A stretch of DNA of 64,000 nucleotides, from the NCBI GenBank assembly GCA_016932965.1, contig JAFGBW010000103.1, forward strand, positions 2,615 through 66,614. The letters run 5' to 3'. Under the pieces are notes generated by a model. That model had not been told where the DNA came from. It saw only the letters and a program-made list of their open reading frames with translations, and searched no databases. The position numbers and the translations under genes were made by a program. The stretch is from Candidatus Auribacterota bacterium (GTDB lineage: Bacteria > Auribacterota > JAFGBW01). Each line of letters starts with the position of its first letter. Positions within the stretch are counted from its first letter, which is position 1. Below are positions 58,234 to 64,000 of the stretch, one piece after another.

Positions 58234-59685
58234 TTATCGGCATGCTTCCGGCTTTTTAATATACAGGTCATAAAGATTTTTCAGTATCAGAAGAAAACCA
58301 TTCCAGTATTCCCTTGGACGAATATTTCTGATTGTAAAAAGATGCCGATAAATCATGATGGGTCTGAAATAAAATTGTAAAAAAGCTTTTTTTTGGGAAC
58401 GGATGAGTTTCTGCGGAGTCATTCCATCCGGAGTGAAGACCACTTTCTCCGCTGAAGGAGGATAGGATGAAAAACAGATCCAGGGTAGTCCATTTGTTTT
58501 TTTTCTGATTTTTTGATCTTCATACGCTGCCGTTCCAGGAAAGGGAACAAACAAATTGAATTTGGCATAATCCAATCCCATTTTTTTTGACGCCTCTATC
58601 GTTGCCATGATTTCTTCTTCTGTTTCTGTCGGGTTTCCGATGATAAAAAGACCATATAAAAAGATTCCGCATTTTTTTACCATGTCCGCGGCCTTGATTG
58701 AATCCTGAACGGTAAATCGTTTGTTTAAAATTTTTAATATCCTGTCTGAACCGGACTCAAAACCGATCTGGATTTTGGTGCATCCAGCTTTTTTCATGAG
58801 TTCAAGAAGCTCTTCATCCAAGAGATCAGGTCTGGTTTCTGTTGTCCAGACGATTTTAGACGGAACATCTAAGCGGATGAGTTCGTTACAGAATTCAATG
58901 GCCTGGTCCCTGTATACGGGGAAATTAGCATCTGAGAAGACAAAACCATCCACTCCGAACCGGTCGTGACACCATAACATTTCAGAAATAACGTTTTCAA
59001 CAGAACGTCTTCTCACCTGATTGCCCAATTCCTGATTGCAGAAAATACAATGGAAAGGGCAGCCCCGGTTGAACAAAAGAGGAAGATTCAGCCGGCCTCC
59101 TGGGGTCACTTCAGGCCGGGGTTTGTATTTTTCCAGGGGCAGAATATCCCATGCGGGAAAAGGAATGGAATCCAGATCCTGAATCAGGGGCCTTTCCGGA
59201 TTTCGAATGGGGTTGCCTTTATCCTGATAAGTAATCCCTTTCACATCATCAAGGCTTTGTTTGTTTTCAAAATGGCATACCAGATCCAGCAGGGTTTTCT
59301 CCCCTTCCCCGTGTACAATCACATCCGCAATGCCCTTAGAAATAAAATCCTTTGCAAAATAATCCGCGTGTCTATGCCCCAGGACGATTTTTATTTCAGG
59401 AAAATGTTTCCGGATTTCTTTTGTTAGAAAAACAGTCTGATCCGCCAAAGGTGTCAGACACGATATTCCGATCATTTCCGGAGAATAACTGCGGATGTTT
59501 TCCATGATTCCCTTTAAGCCGAGTTTTTCGACGTAATCATCAATGATTTTGACTTCATGTCCGTATTTTTTCAGGTAGGAAGCAAGATAAGCAAGGCCGA
59601 TGACAGGAACCGGGGCAAAAAATTTTTCATAATAGGTAAATTCGGATATGGAATAGTAAAAATGATTGATGAGGAGTATTTTCAT
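58234..59685 (-). CDS. class B radical SAM enzyme (N-terminal cobalamin-binding domain + rSAM core)
   Basis: 483 aa; B12-binding-like Rossmann (VIGLAYLASYLKKYGHEVKIID); CX3CX2C in NRGCPFHCIFCNQ. Confidence 0.75.
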   Translation of the reverse strand: MKILLINHFYYSISEFTYYEKFFAPVPVIGLAYLASYLKKYGHEVKIIDDYVEKLGLKGIMENIRSYSPEMIGISCLTPLADQTVFLTKEIRKHFPEIKIVLGHRHADYFAKDFISKGIADVIVHGEGEKTLLDLVCHFENKQSLDDVKGITYQDKGNPIRNPERPLIQDLDSIPFPAWDILPLEKYKPRPEVTPGGRLNLPLLFNRGCPFHCIFCNQELGNQVRRRSVENVISEMLWCHDRFGVDGFVFSDANFPVYRDQAIEFCNELIRLDVPSKIVWTTETRPDLLDEELLELMKKAGCTKIQIGFESGSDRILKILNKRFTVQDSIKAADMVKKCGIFLYGLFIIGNPTETEEEIMATIEASKKMGLDYAKFNLFVPFPGTAAYEDQKIRKKTNGLPWICFSSYPPSAEKVVFTPDGMTPQKLIRSQKKAFLQFYFRPIMIYRHLFTIRNIRPREYWNGFLLILKNLYDLYIKKPEACR

Positions 59686-59780
59686 GGTCTCAATATCATT
59701 GTTTTGATTTCATTTTTTTCTATTAAAGGATAAAATTACATCATGTTAATTCAATTTCAGGTTATTTTCAACAGCCAACC

Positions 59781-61217
59781 ATGAAAAAAATGTCAACTGT
59801 TCTCATGATGGCGCCCTGCAGACGCATGCGATACAACATAAGCGATTTGTATCCTCTGCCGCGTCTGGGAATCGGATCTATCTCGGCTTTTTTAAAAGAG
59901 GCGGGATACAATCAGACAAAGATCTGGGATATCATCGCGGAAAAAAAGTGGATACCGGAAATATTAGAAGCTTTTAAAAACGGGGTATGTCCGGATCTGT
60001 TGGGAATCAGTGCGACGCTTTTAAGCATGAAGGAGGCTTTTGAAATTGCTGAATCAGTCAAAAATCAATTTCCTCATATCCATATTGTGTTAGGCGGGCC
60101 CGGAGTCAGTTTTCCCGCTGAAGTTTTATTTGAATACGGCAAAGGTGTGGATTTTTATATCCGGGGGGAAGGCGAAGAATCGTTTGTGCAATTAATCCGA
60201 TGCCTGGATACCATGGCGTCGGATTTATCCTCAGTCCCCGGGCTTATCTGGAAAAATCAGCAGGGGAAAATCATAGAAAATCCATCAGGTAAATTCAGGG
60301 ATCTTGATGACGGAATCATGAGCGATTATTCATCCATGCCCATGCAGAAATATCAGCTTCATCCCCCTATGGGGATATATCCTCCTGCAGTCATATTGGA
60401 AACAGCCCGGGGGTGTTCTTATTCATGCACATTCTGCTGTATTCCCAGGAAGGTTCGTTTTAAGAATCCTGTACTGGTGGAAAAAGAAATCATCCGGCTG
60501 AAGAAACAATTTGGAATCAATGAAATACATTTTGTGGATCCCACGTTTACTCTTGATTCTGCAAGGACTGAAGAGATGACCGGAAGAATACAGAAGTTAG
60601 ACATCAAATGGTCATGCAAGACCCGGGTGGATTTGACGGATTTCTCTCTTTTAAAAAAAATGGCTGATTCAGGCTGTTATCTTATTTCCTTTGGCGTGGA
60701 ATCAGCCGCTGAATCCATTCTGAATGATCTGGATAAGAAAATCATGATCAGCCAGACAAATGAGACATTCATGAATTGCCGTTCATTGAGAATACGCACC
60801 GCGGCCTATCTGATGATTGGAAATCCGGGCGAGACGGATGATACGGTTAAATTGAATATTCAATTCGTCAGACAACTTCAGCCGGACTATGTCTTATATG
60901 GAATCCTTCAACCTGATCCGGCCAGTCAATTGACCCATGACATGATCAGAAAAGGATTTTTTTCAGAAAAGGATTTATACCGGTATTATTTATCGGACGA
61001 AGACAATTATTTCCAGGATCACACGGTTTGCGGGCTTCCGCTCAAGACGGTTCAGGATTGGATCAGGAAGGCAAGCAGGGGTTTTTATCTTCGTCCGGGA
61101 TATGTTGTTAGGAGGCTTACTGATTTGAGAAGTATTCAGGACCTTATAAATCTGGGAGCAGGCGGTCTGACATTCATGAAAGATTTTATGGGATTGGGAC
61201 GCCTTTGGAAACAATGA
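59781..61217 (+). CDS. class B radical SAM enzyme (cobalamin-binding domain + rSAM core)
   Basis: 478 aa; B12-like N-terminal domain (LLGISATLLSMKEAFEIAESVKNQFPHIHIVLGGPGVS); TARGCSYSCTFCCIP motif. Confidence 0.75.
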   Translation: MKKMSTVLMMAPCRRMRYNISDLYPLPRLGIGSISAFLKEAGYNQTKIWDIIAEKKWIPEILEAFKNGVCPDLLGISATLLSMKEAFEIAESVKNQFPHIHIVLGGPGVSFPAEVLFEYGKGVDFYIRGEGEESFVQLIRCLDTMASDLSSVPGLIWKNQQGKIIENPSGKFRDLDDGIMSDYSSMPMQKYQLHPPMGIYPPAVILETARGCSYSCTFCCIPRKVRFKNPVLVEKEIIRLKKQFGINEIHFVDPTFTLDSARTEEMTGRIQKLDIKWSCKTRVDLTDFSLLKKMADSGCYLISFGVESAAESILNDLDKKIMISQTNETFMNCRSLRIRTAAYLMIGNPGETDDTVKLNIQFVRQLQPDYVLYGILQPDPASQLTHDMIRKGFFSEKDLYRYYLSDEDNYFQDHTVCGLPLKTVQDWIRKASRGFYLRPGYVVRRLTDLRSIQDLINLGAGGLTFMKDFMGLGRLWKQ

Positions 61218-62506
61218 ATTCAAAACCGAAAATTCTTCTGCTTCATCCTCCTGCCTCAAAAAAGAGGCGATATCAGCTGGACGGGTACTGCAGCCAGCCG
61301 CAAAAAGGCCCTTTCCGATGGCATCCGCTTGACTTCTGCGCCTTTGCTTCTAAGTTATCCCGGGAAGCGGACCTGGAAATCCTGGATTTGGGTATTTCTT
61401 CCTGTCATGATTTTAATGCCAGGCCCTTGGCGTATGATTTTATCATAGGTCTTATCGGTGCCTATGGGTGGGATGACCAGCTGCTTTTCTGGAAAGAGAT
61501 CTTGAAAAAAGGGGTCCCTGTCTTTTTAAGCGGTGATATCGCCAGGTACGAACCGCAGTTTGTCTTTGAACATCTCCCTAATCTTGGCGGGATCATTCCT
61601 GAACTGTCTTTGCCTCCCGCTCTATCTGATTTATCTGACACTAACAGTTCATTCATCTGGCGTCCTGGTAGAAAGGAATATTCCTTGCCTTCACTCAAAG
61701 AACCTTTTTCAATCGGGATTCAGAATTTTAATTTGTGGAAGCATTCTTTGTATCATCTGCCTTTCAATACAGGTCATCCTTTTGCAAGCATCATCACCCA
61801 GGTTGGGTGTCCGTATCATTGTGATTATTGCATCCTGAGCACTTATCCGTCTGCCAAAAGGGATTTAAATGAAGTTGAAGAGGAGCTTGAATCACTCAAA
61901 AAACAGGGAGCAAAGCATGTCTATATCAGGGACGCGACATTGAACAGTTCACAAAAACACCTGGAAGCGGTTTGTGATCTGATGAAAAAAACAGGACTTC
62001 CATGGAATGCCTTTGTTCATACCCGCGGAATAGGGAAATTTTCAAAAATATTGAAAGAATCCGGCTGCATAGTTCTGCAGCTGGGAATCGATTCGCCTGA
62101 TCAGGAAACCCTGAGAAGAAAAAACAAAATACCAGCAAATGCAGAAGAAGAAATTCATTTACTTCAGAAGGAAAAGATTTCCACGGCAGGACACTTCATT
62201 TACAGATTGGAAGATAATCCTTTACCCCCTCAATCTATTGCAAGGTACGCGGACGAAATCGGGTTGAATTGGTTCACGCTTACTCCCTTCATGATCAGAC
62301 CCGGAATGACATCATGGGATCGAAAAGAACTATCAGTCATCAGTACGATGGATTCATCTATCGAAAGACTGATTCTGAAGACTAGTCTGTGGTTTTATAG
62401 TCGTCCTTCCCGTGTATTCAGACTCATCCGGATCTTTTTCAGACATCCGATATTTTCTTTTTTAAGTTTAATGAATTTATTGATGAAGGATAAATACTTG
62501 AAATAA
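61205..62506 (+). CDS. radical SAM enzyme (class B-like, degenerate N-terminal domain)
   Basis: 433 aa; overlaps the upstream gene by 13 nt (translational coupling); ITQVGCPYHCDYCILS CX3CX2C. Confidence 0.65.
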   Translation: METMNSKPKILLLHPPASKKRRYQLDGYCSQPQKGPFRWHPLDFCAFASKLSREADLEILDLGISSCHDFNARPLAYDFIIGLIGAYGWDDQLLFWKEILKKGVPVFLSGDIARYEPQFVFEHLPNLGGIIPELSLPPALSDLSDTNSSFIWRPGRKEYSLPSLKEPFSIGIQNFNLWKHSLYHLPFNTGHPFASIITQVGCPYHCDYCILSTYPSAKRDLNEVEEELESLKKQGAKHVYIRDATLNSSQKHLEAVCDLMKKTGLPWNAFVHTRGIGKFSKILKESGCIVLQLGIDSPDQETLRRKNKIPANAEEEIHLLQKEKISTAGHFIYRLEDNPLPPQSIARYADEIGLNWFTLTPFMIRPGMTSWDRKELSVISTMDSSIERLILKTSLWFYSRPSRVFRLIRIFFRHPIFSFLSLMNLLMKDKYLK

Positions 62507-62657
62507 TAAGTTATCTTTTCAGCATGAATAAATGGATGGGAGCTTAAAATGAGAGCCGTTTGTCGGAAATAAGTTTTATGCATCTGTTATATTCAATTCA
62601 AGTTGTATGACATGATTATTTGACGGAATCGAAATCATCAATTTCAGGCAGGGTTAA

Positions 62658-63398
62658 ATGAGTAAGCCAGAATATAATTTTTTTTGTTATGTCTTCAATC
62701 TGTTTCCATTACCCCTGATTGTAATTAATGTCATCATGGCTGCGTGGCTGGTTTTTAATTTCTATATTCTTTTCCGGTGGTCCCGATATCTTATCATGGA
62801 AAGAACCAGTCGAAAAACCGGAATGCATTTGCTGGGTTACGCCTGTCTTTTTGGAATTCTTTCAAAAGTATTTTCATGCCGCTATGGTATGCTGGGTTTT
62901 CATTTATATGAACTGATTTTTTATTACTTATCGCTTGGATTCCATGTGGCAGCTTTTTATTTCCTGATTAAGAGTTCATGGCATTCCTTAAAACCGTGGC
63001 TTTTAACATTAGGGAATTATTTTTTCGTATATCATTTCTTATTTTTTCCTATTGTGTTCTGGATGATGTTTACATGGATCATTCCTTCAGTTGATTTTCA
63101 CCGGTTAAACGACGGGGTCTATCGTGGTAAAAGCAACAGCATTGCAAATCATACTATTTCTGAAGTGACGGTCAAGGAAGGCACTCTTGTTTCGATAAGA
63201 TGGATACAAAAAGGTTGTTCTGAGTATGGCATGGAAGCCTATGAGCAATTGCCCGGGCGTATTCTCAGACTTCAGTCATTGGATGTTGATGGAATCAGCG
63301 GGGCTACGCGTACATCTAACCTGATAAAAAGTTCCGTTGGAGATGCCTTGCAGAATAGCACTCATCATCTCGATCAAAGTGAAAATAGAAAAGACTAG
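62658..63398 (+). CDS. membrane protein with C-terminal FMN-binding (FMN_bind) domain
   Basis: 246 aa; 4-5 TM; C-terminal DVDGISGATRTSNLIKSSVGDAL matches the FMN_bind S/T-G-A-T motif (flavin attachment Thr). Confidence 0.5.
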   Translation: MSKPEYNFFCYVFNLFPLPLIVINVIMAAWLVFNFYILFRWSRYLIMERTSRKTGMHLLGYACLFGILSKVFSCRYGMLGFHLYELIFYYLSLGFHVAAFYFLIKSSWHSLKPWLLTLGNYFFVYHFLFFPIVFWMMFTWIIPSVDFHRLNDGVYRGKSNSIANHTISEVTVKEGTLVSIRWIQKGCSEYGMEAYEQLPGRILRLQSLDVDGISGATRTSNLIKSSVGDALQNSTHHLDQSENRKD

Positions 63399-63435
63399 CG
63401 GAAGAATATTGGGAAGGTCAGGAAGAAGACTATAG

Positions 63436-64000
63436 ATGAAAAGAATATTCAATATATTTTTTATATACCCGGTTCTTTCAGTACTTGCCTGTTTTTTGAT
63501 TCTCCCGTTTTTCTTTTCAAGAAATGTAGCTTTTCTCTTTTTTATATGGGCAATTATTATATTTGTATTTCTTTTATTTTCATCGATTTCATCCTTACGA
63601 AGGATTCTGTTCGATTACGCGAAATTCAGAATCCTTTTAAAATTCAATATTTTTTTATCTATTTTATCTGTTCCCTTTTTTTTATATTCATTTTTATTTA
63701 TATCTAGATTTTTCTTTGTATGGCCCTGCACATTGGGTATCTATGTATCACTTTTTCTGTTTCTGCTTTGGATTCAATTGGGCTCAAAAAAGTTTAAATC
63801 ATATTTTTTTCTTTTTCTTACACTCATTCAACTTCTTTTTAATTTGGCAATGGGTGTCTATTTGCCAGAATATTTCTGGCCAGACTATAGATGCATCTAT
63901 CATCCCTCGTTTTTATCTACGAAGCCGGTTTTTTGTCAGAAGGGCCTGAAAAAAATATTTTACGTTTTGGATTTTTTATCTGCAGATAAACAATTTTATC
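63436..64000 (+). CDS. hypothetical polytopic membrane protein (3' partial; runs off the window end)
   Basis: Frame-1 ORF from ATG 63436 is open to the window end (more than 188 codons, no stop) and is absent from the ORF track because no stop is present; very hydrophobic F/L/I-rich product; the listed ORF 63716..63949 is in another frame. Confidence 0.35.
   Translation, partial: MKRIFNIFFIYPVLSVLACFLILPFFFSRNVAFLFFIWAIIIFVFLLFSSISSLRRILFDYAKFRILLKFNIFLSILSVPFFLYSFLFISRFFFVWPCTLGIYVSLFLFLLWIQLGSKKFKSYFFLFLTLIQLLFNLAMGVYLPEYFWPDYRCIYHPSFLSTKPVFCQKGLKKIFYVLDFLSADKQFY

Overview
This 64 kb window comes from a low-GC bacterial chromosome, likely an anaerobe given the [FeFe]-hydrogenase maturase HydG and an Fnr-type regulator. 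Gene density is high on both strands. Recognisable housekeeping genes are rlmN, hydG with a TM1266-type regulator, a ClC channel, pdaD followed by tRNA-Arg(UCU), aroC, a sufB-sufC-orf-sufD-sufS-sufU operon, uppP, a polyprenyl diphosphate synthase, a Kef-type antiporter and a LysA-family decarboxylase. Three blocks look accessory: (i) four paralogous GT-C (PMT/ArnT/TMTC-like) membrane glycosyltransferases, some with TPR tails, next to a membrane-anchored spermidine-synthase-like protein (3.4-15.6 kb); (ii) a secreted/signalling block with a LamG+CotH-like protein, a double-M16 peptidase and a Hanks kinase carrying LamG and TPR domains (33.7-42 kb); (iii) a cluster of three radical-SAM enzymes, two of them cobalamin-binding class B, with FMN-binding and other membrane proteins (58.2-64 kb). 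The most unusual sequence-level signal is a previously unrecognisable composite intergenic repeat family, seen in at least five large copies plus fragments. Each copy has a conserved 5' module containing TTGACA, a roughly 30-bp inverted-repeat pair (CACCACAGAGAGGACACGGAGAGCACGGAGA) around an approximately 90-bp loop, and a conserved 3' module. Copies always sit immediately downstream of + strand stop codons, including inside the suf operon, and one fragment supplies the last 12 codons and stop of a radical-SAM gene. A second, independent repeat class of AATTGAG-like heptamer tandem arrays occurs at four intergenic sites. No CRISPR arrays, integrases or transposases were seen.
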